Shown piece by piece: positions 55,630-64,000 of a DNA stretch of 64,000 nt (the stretch's first letter is position 1; every line of letters starts with the position of its first letter). The DNA is taken from NCBI GenBank assembly GCA_963776245.1, contig CAVZLN010000003.1, positions 608,001-672,000 of the forward strand, read 5' to 3'. The notes under the pieces were generated by a model. It made no database searches. It was given only the letters and a program-made list of their open reading frames with translations, and had not been told where the DNA came from. A program made the translations under genes and the position numbers. Origin of the DNA: Candidatus Eiseniibacteriota bacterium (GTDB taxonomy: Bacteria; Eisenbacteria; RBG-16-71-46).

Positions 55630-57006
55630 TCAGCCCGCGACGCGCTCCAGCCGGGCCACGCACTCGATGTGCGGGGTGTGCGGGAACATGTCGAACGGCC
55701 GGGTCTCGGCGAGGGTGTAGCCCTGCGCGGCGAAGTCCTTCACGTCGCGCGCCAGCGTGGCCGGATTGCAGGACACGTACACGATCCGCCGCGGACCGAG
55801 CTCGGTCACCCGCGTGACCACACGGGGGTGCAGGCCGGCGCGCGGCGGATCCACGACCACCACGTCCGCGGCGGGACCGCCGGCGCGCTCCCCGCGAGCC
55901 CACTCGCGCAGCACCCGCCGCGCCTCTCCCTCGACGAAGCGTACGTTGGCGAGGCCATTGCGCGTGGCGTTGCGGCGCGCGCCCGCGACCGCGTCGGCCA
56001 CGCTCTCGACCCCGACCGCCTCACGACAGGCGCGCGCGAACAGCAGGGTGAGCGTGCCGGCGCCGCAGTAGAGGTCGAGCACCGTGTCGCCCGACACGTC
56101 GCCCCCCGCCTCGAGCGCCGCGGCGTACAGGTGCTCGGCCTGGCGGCTGTTGGTCTGCAGGAACGCGTTCGCCGTCGCCGAGAACTCGAGCCCGAGCAGG
56201 CGCTCGAGGATCGCCTCGCGGCCGGCCAGCACGCGCGTCTCCTCGTTGAACGCCACGCCGCCGCGCTGGCGATTGATGCCGAGGGTCACGCTGGTGATCT
56301 CGGGCGAGAGCGCGGCGACCGCGCGCGCCCAGACCTCGAGCCCCGGCAGTTCATCCGAGGCGGCCACCAGGTTCACCGCGCACTCCCGCGTCAGTGGCAG
56401 GTGGCGCACCACGAGATGGCGCGCCACGCCATCGTGCCGCGCCGGGTGCCACGCGCGCCAGCGCTGCTCCACGGCGATCCGCTGGGTCGCGCGCACGATT
56501 TCGACCGTGAGGGCGCTGGGCAGCAGGCAGGTCTCGGTGGCGAACAGCCGGTCGAAGGTCCCGCGCTCGTGCAGCCCGACACGGGGCGAGCCGTCGGCGG
56601 CCGGGAAGATCGCGAACTCCATCTTGTTGCGATAGTGGAATGTCTCGGGCGCGGGCCGGATGTCGTGCACCACCGGGGCGGGCACGCCCCCGAGATGCAC
56701 GAGGGTGTCGCGCACCTGCCGCTGCTTGAGGCCCAGTTGCTCGGGATAGGGCAGATCCTGGAAGCGGCATCCGCCGCAACGCGCGACGTGCGGACAGGGC
56801 GCGTCGATGCGCAGCGGCGAGGGCTCCACCACGCGCTCCAGGCGCGCCTCGGCCCAGCCGCGCTTGACGCGGGTGATGCGCGCCTCGACCTGGTCGCCGG
56901 GCAGGCCGCGGTCCACGAACACCACCCGGCCCTCGTGACGCGCGAGCGCCTTGCCGCCGAGGGCGAGGTCGTCCACGCGGAGGATTGACAGGTCGTTGAC
57001 CTTCAT
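55630..57006 (-). CDS. rlmD: 23S rRNA m5U methyltransferase (TRAM + [4Fe-4S])
   Basis: CPHVARCGGC, YRNKMEF, FLQTN, DLYCGAG, VDPPRAG, YVSCNP, DMFPHTPHIE. Confidence 0.93.
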   Translation of the reverse strand: MKVNDLSILRVDDLALGGKALARHEGRVVFVDRGLPGDQVEARITRVKRGWAEARLERVVEPSPLRIDAPCPHVARCGGCRFQDLPYPEQLGLKQRQVRDTLVHLGGVPAPVVHDIRPAPETFHYRNKMEFAIFPAADGSPRVGLHERGTFDRLFATETCLLPSALTVEIVRATQRIAVEQRWRAWHPARHDGVARHLVVRHLPLTRECAVNLVAASDELPGLEVWARAVAALSPEITSVTLGINRQRGGVAFNEETRVLAGREAILERLLGLEFSATANAFLQTNSRQAEHLYAAALEAGGDVSGDTVLDLYCGAGTLTLLFARACREAVGVESVADAVAGARRNATRNGLANVRFVEGEARRVLREWARGERAGGPAADVVVVDPPRAGLHPRVVTRVTELGPRRIVYVSCNPATLARDVKDFAAQGYTLAETRPFDMFPHTPHIECVARLERVAG

Positions 57007-57141
57007 CGTGGCCCGGGAGTGTCCAACGGATCGGAAGTCCAAGAGCGGCGACTTTCCAGGAACCGGGTCGCGCGGCGACGGGTTGTTCCCGTTGCGACCC
57101 TCATCGCAGTCCGAGGGGACGCTAGCACAGGGGGAGAGACG

Positions 57142-58302
57142 ATGCGAAAGATCACCGGTTTCGCGCTCGCGCTGTTCGTGATCGCGATGCCTGCCGCGCG
57201 ACCGGCGCGTGCCGCCGGAGACGTGGCAGGGACGCCGTGGCTCGGGGTGTACACCCAGACGGTGGACGACGCGCTGCGCGAGGCGATGGATCTTACCGGC
57301 GAGGGCGCGCTGGTGAGCCGCGTGGTGGAGGGTGGCCCCGCCGCGCGCGCCGGAGTGGAGAAGGGCGACATCATCACGCGCTTCGCCTCGAAGCCGGTGG
57401 GGTCGGCGGACGAGCTGGTGCGCCTGGTGCGCGAAGCGCGCCCGGATCAGCACGTCACCATCGAGGTGCGCCGTGGCCAGGAGTCGCGCACGCTCACCGC
57501 ACAGTTGGCCGAGCGCCCGGGCGAACTGGACGCGCCCGAGCCGGGGCCCGCGCGGCGCGTGGTGATCCGCGAGCGCGGCCGCGATGGGAAGGGCGCGATC
57601 GAGCGCGAGGACGACGGGGACGCGCCCGGGGAGCGGCGCGTGATCGTGCGCCAGGAGCGCGGCGACACGCCGGACGGGAAGAAGCATGTCCGCATCATCC
57701 GGCGCGGCACTGGATCCGGCGACATGGATCTCGAGATCCCGGACCTCTCCGGGCTCGAGGGCCTGCGCGACGGCGGGCGGGTGCGCGCGTTCCGCTTCGA
57801 TGGGCCGCACGCGCCGGGCATGCCCGGCGGCGCGATGGACCTGATGATGGGAGTTGGCCGCGGCAGGCTGGGCGTCCAGGTGCAGGACCTGAACGACCAG
57901 CTCGGCGAGTACTTCGAGGTGCCCGGCGGGCGCGGCGCGCTCGTCATGGAGGTGAAGAAGGACACACCCGCGGAGCGCGTGGGGCTCAAAGCGGGCGACG
58001 TGATCACGCGCGTCGGTGACACGACGATCGGGAGCGCGTCCGATCTGGTCGAGGCGCTGCAGGGCAAGGAGGGCAAGGTCCAGGTCGCGTTCGTCCGCAA
58101 GGGCCAGGCGCACTCGCTCGAGCCGGAGCTCGAGCCCATGGCACCGCGCCGCACGCGGATGGAGGCGGGAGACGACCGCCTTGCGCCCGAACCGCCCCGG
58201 CCGGGCGAGGGTGATCTCGATGGCATGCGCGATCAGCTGCGCGAGATGCGGCAGGAACTGAAGCGCCTGCGCAGCGAATTGGAGTCCTCTCGAAGGAAAT
58301 AG
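57142..58302 (+). CDS. Secreted tandem-PDZ protein with C-terminal coiled coil
   Basis: Signal peptide; WLGV...GPAARAGVEKGDII; RLGV...TPAERVGLKAGDVI; no trypsin domain. Confidence 0.85.
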   Translation: MRKITGFALALFVIAMPAARPARAAGDVAGTPWLGVYTQTVDDALREAMDLTGEGALVSRVVEGGPAARAGVEKGDIITRFASKPVGSADELVRLVREARPDQHVTIEVRRGQESRTLTAQLAERPGELDAPEPGPARRVVIRERGRDGKGAIEREDDGDAPGERRVIVRQERGDTPDGKKHVRIIRRGTGSGDMDLEIPDLSGLEGLRDGGRVRAFRFDGPHAPGMPGGAMDLMMGVGRGRLGVQVQDLNDQLGEYFEVPGGRGALVMEVKKDTPAERVGLKAGDVITRVGDTTIGSASDLVEALQGKEGKVQVAFVRKGQAHSLEPELEPMAPRRTRMEAGDDRLAPEPPRPGEGDLDGMRDQLREMRQELKRLRSELESSRRK

Positions 58303-58493
58303 CACGTACCGTCGCCGCACGGGGGAGCGCCGATCCGGCCGTTCCGCACCTCACGGTGCGCTGGAACAGGGGCTTGTCACGAACCGGTCGGTGCAGCGCG
58401 GCGCTCCACCCGGCGGCGGCGACACAGGGCCCGGCGATGCCGGGCCCTCGCCATTTGCGCCACGCGGACGGGCCCGCGTAACGTGCGCGCGCC

Positions 58494-59012
58494 ATGCCCG
58501 CCCTCCGACGATCTCGCTTCTGCCTGCGGTGCGGCACCGCGATGGTGCCCCGGGACGACCACGGACACCAGCGGCCGGCGTGCCCGGCGTGCGGGTGGAT
58601 CCACTACCGCAATCCCGCGCCCGCGGCCGGCGTGCTGCTCGAGCGCGACGGCGATGTGCTGCTGGTGAAGCGGCGGTTCGCCCCGCGCGTGGGAGCCTGG
58701 TGCGTCCCCGCGGGCTTCATCGAGTACGGGGAGACGCCCGAGCATTGCGCGGTGCGCGAGACGCGCGAGGAGACCGGACTCGAGGTGCGGCTGACGGGGC
58801 TGTTCGGCGTGTACGCGGGATTCGACGACCCGCGTGTGCGCGCGGTGCTGATCCTCTACACCGCCGAGCGCACCGGCGGCCGCCTGGCGCCCGGCGACGA
58901 CGCCAGCGCGACACGCTGGTTCCGCCTCGCGCGCCTGCCCCGCGCGATCGCGTTCCATGCCCACCGGCGCGCGCTCGAGGAGCTGCGCGCGCGCATCCGT
59001 CGCGAGCGCTGA
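58494..59012 (+). CDS. Zinc-ribbon NUDIX hydrolase
   Basis: FCLRCG...CPACG..HYRNP; GFIEYGETPEHCAVRETREETG. Confidence 0.9.
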   Translation: MPALRRSRFCLRCGTAMVPRDDHGHQRPACPACGWIHYRNPAPAAGVLLERDGDVLLVKRRFAPRVGAWCVPAGFIEYGETPEHCAVRETREETGLEVRLTGLFGVYAGFDDPRVRAVLILYTAERTGGRLAPGDDASATRWFRLARLPRAIAFHAHRRALEELRARIRRER

Positions 59013-59025
59013 CCGAACCCTTCCG

Positions 59026-60399
59026 CTAGGCCCAGGCCGCGCTGTGGCGCGCGTTCTCGTGGCGCGAGAGCACCATCGCCAGCACCGCGCCGGCGAGCAG
59101 CGCGCGATCGAGGTCCAGGTCGTCGAGCGGCTCGCCATCGCTCTTGTTCGAGAGATTGAGCACGCCGCACAGCCGGTTGTTGTGGATCAGCGGCACGCAC
59201 ACGAACGAGTCGGAGTTGTAGGTGTCGCGCCGTTCCGGCCCGTCGTGCGGCACGCTCACCTCGGAGTCCCGGACGCGCACGTGGAGCGGCTTGCGGTTGT
59301 GCGCCACCCAGCCCGCCACGCCCTGGCCGACGCGCACCTTCACGCGTCCCGCGACGTGCGGGTCCATGCCGCGCTGGGCCGCGATCTGGAGCGTCTCCTT
59401 CGCGCCGTCGAGGGTCATCAGGCTGCAACGCTCCACGCCGAAGCGCTCCGACAGCCACGCCACCATCGTGCGCGGGAACTCCTCGGCGTCGTGCTCCTGC
59501 GCGAGCACCTGGAAGACCTCCTTGAGGAACCCGATGGTGCGCTGGGTCTCGGCGAGCCGGGACTGGGCGACCGAGAGCTGGGAGTACGCCTCGGTCAGGT
59601 GCTGGGTCGCAGAGGCCGACTGGTCCTCGAGCGCGCCGAGCTGGCACTTCACGCGCTCGAGCTCCTGGCGGTACTCGCTCGAGGACTTGTCGAGCGATTC
59701 GATCTCGACGCTCAGCGCCTCGAGCCGCCGCGTCTTGGCGTGGTTCTCCTCCTCGAGCGTCGTGGTGTGCTCGGTGAGCCGGCGGATGCGGTCCTGGAAC
59801 TCGTCCGCGGCCGCGCGCGCCCTGCGCTCGTCGCTGGCCGAGTCAGTCGGGCGGCCGTTGCGGTAGAGCTGCTGCGCCAGCGCCAGCGCGGCCAGGCTCT
59901 TCACCGGGATGAGCTCCGACACCACCCGGCCGCCGAACGCACCGCGCTTGTCGCTCACCACCACCAGCAGGGCCAGGATGTCCTCCTGGTCGGCGAGCGG
60001 CAGGCACACGCACGACTGCCAGTTCGGCAGCGCCGTGAGCGCGCGCAGGCTGGGGGCCTCCATGGTGTCCGGCTCGTAAGACGGGGAGGTGTGGAACATG
60101 TGGCTGAGCAGGGAGCGCCGGTCCGTGGCATTGAAGAATGCACTCGGGTGGAAGAACTTTCGCACGAGCCGGGTGGGCAGCGTGTCCACCGGGATGGTCA
60201 CGTCGCGCCGCACCAACCGGCCGCCGTCGCGGCGGTAGACGTTCACGAGGGAGTCCCGGCTGACCTCGTAGAAGGCCAGCGAGGCGCGCCAATCGGGGCG
60301 CACCGATTGGAGATAGCCCAGGAACTCGAGGACCACGGCTTCGGTGTCTCGGCTGCGGGTCAGGCGTTCGCTGATATCGCGCAGGTCGAATCTCGACAC
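59026..60399 (-). CDS. GAF-like / coiled-coil / GAF protein with no output domain
   Basis: GTG start with GGGAGA RBS; C-terminal GAF (ERCSLM, GQGVAGWVA, SFVCVPL, GVLNLSNK). Confidence 0.75.
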   Translation of the reverse strand: MSRFDLRDISERLTRSRDTEAVVLEFLGYLQSVRPDWRASLAFYEVSRDSLVNVYRRDGGRLVRRDVTIPVDTLPTRLVRKFFHPSAFFNATDRRSLLSHMFHTSPSYEPDTMEAPSLRALTALPNWQSCVCLPLADQEDILALLVVVSDKRGAFGGRVVSELIPVKSLAALALAQQLYRNGRPTDSASDERRARAAADEFQDRIRRLTEHTTTLEEENHAKTRRLEALSVEIESLDKSSSEYRQELERVKCQLGALEDQSASATQHLTEAYSQLSVAQSRLAETQRTIGFLKEVFQVLAQEHDAEEFPRTMVAWLSERFGVERCSLMTLDGAKETLQIAAQRGMDPHVAGRVKVRVGQGVAGWVAHNRKPLHVRVRDSEVSVPHDGPERRDTYNSDSFVCVPLIHNNRLCGVLNLSNKSDGEPLDDLDLDRALLAGAVLAMVLSRHENARHSAAWA

Positions 60400-60448
60400 G
60401 ATCGTTTCTCCCTGGAGGTCGTGGATGGGTGCGGGGCGGCCACCTTCA

Positions 60449-60464
60449 GGCAATCGCTGTGCCG
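60449..60464 (-). promoter_or_regulatory. sigma54 -24/-12 promoter
   Basis: CGGCACAGCGATTGCC (GG-N10-GC). Confidence 0.65.
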
Positions 60465-60563
60465 CGCGCGACCGGGCGGAATGCAACGCGGCGCGCCCCG
60501 CGGCGCGGGTGGCGGTGGGATCCTCGCAGGACAGCGCGGCGGCCAGGACGCGCGCCCCGGTGG

Positions 60564-62348
60564 CTACCGCCTGCGCCGCCCGCGCGCCTCGCGCTTGGCC
60601 TCCCCGGGCGCCTCGCTCGGGGGCTCCGCCTCGTCGTCGTCGACCTCGATGATGAAGTTCCCGCCCACCCGCGGCGGCAGGATGACGCGATGGAGCGCGA
60701 TCTCGATCACCTCGTCCATGGTCTCGACCGGGATCAGTTCGAGGCGCTCGCGGACATCGGCGGGAACCTCGTCGAGATCCTTGAGGTTCACCGCCGGGAA
60801 CAGCAGCGCCCGGAACCCGGCGCGGTAGGCGGCGAGCGCCTTCTCGCGCAGCCCGCCGACCAGCAGCACCTTGCCGCGCAGGCTTACCTCGCCGGTCATC
60901 GCCACGTCGTGGCGGATCGGGCGGTCGCTCAGGACCGATGCGATCACCAGTCCCACCGTGATCCCGGCCGACGGACCGTCCTTGGGGACCCCCGCGGCGG
61001 GAAAATGGATGTGGATGTCGGTGTTCGAGAAGGTCTCGGCGTCGATCTCGAGTGTGTCGGCGCGCGAGCGCACGTAGGAATGCGCGGCCTGCACCGACTC
61101 CTTCATCACCTCGCCGAGCTGGCCGGTGGTCACGACCCGCCCCGATCCCGGCATCTTGAGCGCCTCGACGATGAGCACCTCGCCGCCCGCCGCGGTCCAC
61201 GCCAGTCCGGCGGCGACGCCGACCTCGTCGTCCTTGCCCACCATCTCGGGGGCGTACACGCGGTGCCCGAGGTAGCGCTCGAGGTGCTCGAGCGTGGCGT
61301 TGTGACGGCGCCCGTCGCCTGTCGCGCGCGCGCGTGCCACCTTGCGGCACACCGTGGCGATCTGGCGCGACAACCCGCGCACGCCGGCCTCGAGGGTGTA
61401 GTGCCGCACCATCGCGCGCAGCGCATCGTCCGGGATGGTGAGGTCGCGCGTGGTGAGGCCGTGCTCCTGGAGCGCGCGCGGCAGCAGGAAACGGCGCGCG
61501 ATGGCGAGCTTCTCGTCCTCGCTGTAGCCCGGGACCTCGATGACCTCGAGGCGTTCCTGAAGGTTGTCCGGCACCATGTCGAGGTTGTTCGCGCACAGCA
61601 GCAACACCGCGTGCGAGAGGTCGATGGGCAGGCCGATGTAGTGGTCGGTGAAGTGCGCGTTGCTCTCCGCGTCGAGCAGCTCGAGCAGCACCTCGGCCAC
61701 GCCGAGCCCGCCTTCGCCCACCAGCCGGTCCACGCCGTCGATGACGAGCACCGGGTTGGTCGCGCCGGCGTCGCGCAGCGCGCGCGCGATGCGTCCCGGC
61801 TGGGCCCCCGGGAGCGTGCGCGACACGCCCGCCAGATCGCCGGCATCGCTGGTGCCCGACACCGTGATGCGCACGAAAGGACGATGGAGCGCGCGTGCCA
61901 CCGCTGCCCCGAGCGAGGACTTGCCGGTCCCCGGCGGTCCGACGAGGCAGAGCGCCGGGCCGGGCAGATCGGGCTTGAGACGGCGCACCGCGAGGTACTC
62001 GACGATGCGCTCCTTGGCCTTCTCGAGTCCGAGGTGGTCCCGCTCGAGCACCTGCTCGACCTGCTTGAGATCGGCGTCCTCGGAAGCGGCGCGTTCCCAC
62101 GGGAGCGACCACAGCCACTGGAGGTAGGCGCGCACCTGCGCGGCCTCGGGCGAGCCCGCCGGCAAGCGGCGCAGCCGGTCCATCTCGCGCTGGGCCTGGC
62201 GCGACACCTCGCCCGGCAGGCGCACCGCGCGCGGCGGACGGCGCAGCGGAGCGTCGTCGATCACGCGCTCGAGCGCGGCGCTCTGGGCGCGCATCGGGCG
62301 CTCTCCCTTGGGGGCGCGGAGCGAGCGCGTGCGGTCGTTGCGGGGCAT
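60564..62348 (-). CDS. Lon-like protease lacking the N-domain
   Basis: GGAGG RBS; DHLGLEKAKERIVEYL, GPPGTGKSS, PKDGPSAG, AMTGE, GGLREK. Confidence 0.9.
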   Translation of the reverse strand: MPRNDRTRSLRAPKGERPMRAQSAALERVIDDAPLRRPPRAVRLPGEVSRQAQREMDRLRRLPAGSPEAAQVRAYLQWLWSLPWERAASEDADLKQVEQVLERDHLGLEKAKERIVEYLAVRRLKPDLPGPALCLVGPPGTGKSSLGAAVARALHRPFVRITVSGTSDAGDLAGVSRTLPGAQPGRIARALRDAGATNPVLVIDGVDRLVGEGGLGVAEVLLELLDAESNAHFTDHYIGLPIDLSHAVLLLCANNLDMVPDNLQERLEVIEVPGYSEDEKLAIARRFLLPRALQEHGLTTRDLTIPDDALRAMVRHYTLEAGVRGLSRQIATVCRKVARARATGDGRRHNATLEHLERYLGHRVYAPEMVGKDDEVGVAAGLAWTAAGGEVLIVEALKMPGSGRVVTTGQLGEVMKESVQAAHSYVRSRADTLEIDAETFSNTDIHIHFPAAGVPKDGPSAGITVGLVIASVLSDRPIRHDVAMTGEVSLRGKVLLVGGLREKALAAYRAGFRALLFPAVNLKDLDEVPADVRERLELIPVETMDEVIEIALHRVILPPRVGGNFIIEVDDDEAEPPSEAPGEAKREARGRRRR

Positions 62349-62440
62349 GCGAGCCTCCTCCGGGCGTGGGCCGACTGGATCGCGCGACTTGAACGGGCAC
62401 ACCGAGACGGTCGGAACCGGGTCCCCTACCCATTGCGATT

Positions 62441-62456
62441 AGCAATTCGCTCGCCG
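62441..62456 (-). promoter_or_regulatory. sigma54 -24/-12 promoter
   Basis: CGGCGAGCGAATTGCT (GG-N10-GC). Confidence 0.55.
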
Positions 62457-62647
62457 GGTCCGAGGGGAATGCCGCCCGCCCGGCCGTCGGGGATCAAGCG
62501 CCTGCCACGGCGTGACTTGGATCGCGCGAGGAGCGTGCGCGGGGGAGGCGGCGGGACGCCCGCGTGGTCGATAACCAGCCGCTTCGTGGCCGGATCGCCC
62601 ACGGCTGGCGCGATCCGGCCCGCCGGCGGCCGGGGCCGGTAGACGAC

Positions 62648-62710
62648 GAGGGCCCGGCGGAGGCCGGGCCCTCGAGGAAACCAGTCAAGCGAGGAGGCGC
62701 GAGCCTCCTT
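62648..62710 (-). terminator. Two GC-rich hairpins downstream of the secreted protein gene
   Basis: AGGAGGC-N4-GCCTCCT and GAGGGCCCGGC-N4-GCCGGGCCCTC; weak U tail. Confidence 0.4.
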
Positions 62711-62716
62711 CACGAA

Positions 62717-63508
62717 CTAACGGTAGATGGTCTTGATACGGCCCCAGGTCGAGCGGCTGGCCGGCGTCGGGTACCCGCCGCAGGTCTCGGCGAACGTGGT
62801 GCCCACCGAGAGATCGTCGATCTTGAACATCCAGTTCGCGGTGCTCTGGCGGAATCCATAGGCGCCCAGCACGCGGCCCGTGGGAGTGGCATCCGTGCCC
62901 GAGACGGACGTGCTGGTCTCGTCGGCCGGGTCGACCCACAGCGTCCCGGTGCCGGTCGCGGCGTCGAAACGCGTCGCGACAACGTACCAGTGACCCGTGA
63001 CGAGCGGGGCTCCCCAGTACACGGGGGAGTTCACGGCCCCGTTCGAAATCCCGATATTGAAGGTGCTGGCATCGATGCCCTGGACGAACAGCTTGGCCGA
63101 GAAGGTCGTCCCGGTCGGCAGGTTGTCCTTGAAGTGCGCGAAGTAGGTCGGCGTGGGGCTGATCGCGACCGCCTGAGGAGGCATATAGAACTTCATGCAC
63201 GAATAAGTCTTGTCGGCCGCGCCGGTAAGGACGCTGAATCCAGGGCCGAATGGACGACTGTCGTCCGGAGCGTTCGCCATGTTGGCGACCATCTCATTGC
63301 CGATGATCTGGATGTCGAACGGTCCGCCGCCCGCGGTGCCGCTGTGCGTCATCCAGCCGGTGGTGGCGTTCACCGTGCCGGCCGGCGTGGCGCCGAGCGG
63401 CTGGTCCGGGAACGTGAACGTCTCGGTGTAGAACACGGTGGCGGACGCGGTGGCCGCGAAGGCCACGGCGAGGCCGAGAGCGAGGAGCGCGATGGTAGTC
63501 TTGCGCAT
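62717..63508 (-). CDS. Secreted LamG/ConA-like protein with C-terminal TWGRIKTIYR motif
   Basis: AGGAG RBS; signal peptide; GHWYVVAT...TLWVDP...IDDLSVGTTF; ends PTPASRSTWGRIKTIYR. Confidence 0.8.
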   Translation of the reverse strand: MRKTTIALLALGLAVAFAATASATVFYTETFTFPDQPLGATPAGTVNATTGWMTHSGTAGGGPFDIQIIGNEMVANMANAPDDSRPFGPGFSVLTGAADKTYSCMKFYMPPQAVAISPTPTYFAHFKDNLPTGTTFSAKLFVQGIDASTFNIGISNGAVNSPVYWGAPLVTGHWYVVATRFDAATGTGTLWVDPADETSTSVSGTDATPTGRVLGAYGFRQSTANWMFKIDDLSVGTTFAETCGGYPTPASRSTWGRIKTIYR

Positions 63509-64000
63509 GATGCGGTCTCCTGATGGTGCTGGGCTGTGGTGGGGAAAGGATGTTGGTTCGATTCCGCGTTCACCATGGGACTCGGAATGCGGCCGCTACC
63601 CTGACCATGGTCTCGTGCCCGAACTGAGGGCCGGGCGACCCTTATGGACGACAACCAAACCTGATCCGCCATATAGGTTAGAAGGAACCGGCCCACACCT
63701 CAAGCGGAAACTCGCGGTGCGGGAGATCGCGCGCCGACAGGAAGCAGTTGTGAAGATGATGCTTGCGGATCGCCACGGGTGTCGGCGGAGCGGGTCCGGA
63801 CCATGGTGTCAGCGCCAGATGGCGCCCGGGGCGCACGCCCATTCCCAGGTGGACCCGCCATCGGCCGGGCAGGCTCGGCACCATCATCCCGGCAAAATTC
63901 CTGTCATTGCGGTGATCCTGGGAAACCAGGCCCCGGGTCGATGTAGGCCCTCCGGCCCTGGAACAACCTGAGCCTCGAGTCGATTTCCCGCGCCAACCCC

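Noticed and set aside
63520..63576. tRNA (GGTTCGATTCC...CACCA)
   Set aside because: T-stem pairs poorly; no D arm, anticodon arm or acceptor stem
63747..63766. Rex operator
   Set aside because: Only one TTGTGAA half-site

Overview
Very GC-rich core-chromosome window containing the replication origin (dnaA-dnaN-dciA-gyrB-gyrA-rex), groESL, efp, a Rho, a giant GreA, nadE, pepA, rlmD, a Lon-like protease, a PhoB/PhoR pair with a TonB receptor locus, several ABC/MFS transporters and many secreted or lipoproteins. A FlgD/T9SS-like C-terminal domain and a C-terminal TWGRIKxxYR motif suggest an FCB-group candidate-phylum bacterium (Ca. Eisenbacteria-like; inference). Two blocks (~12.9-16.8 kb and ~25.4-32.1 kb) carry many single-base indels in essential genes, most likely assembly errors. 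I found no rRNA, tRNA, CRISPR array, prophage or IS element. The strongest leads are: (1) a Rho with an intact ATPase core whose OB-fold RNA-binding domain is replaced by Arg-rich tracts, flanked by structured RNAs; (2) two apparently homologous ~220-260 nt rod-shaped ncRNA candidates (23.4-23.7 kb and 36.0-36.3 kb), each behind a sigma70-like promoter; (3) further promoter/terminator-bounded sRNA candidates; (4) a sigma54-type promoter set that includes an N-domain-less Lon with a degenerate Walker B and pore loop. All RNA structures were paired by eye and need covariance or expression checks.
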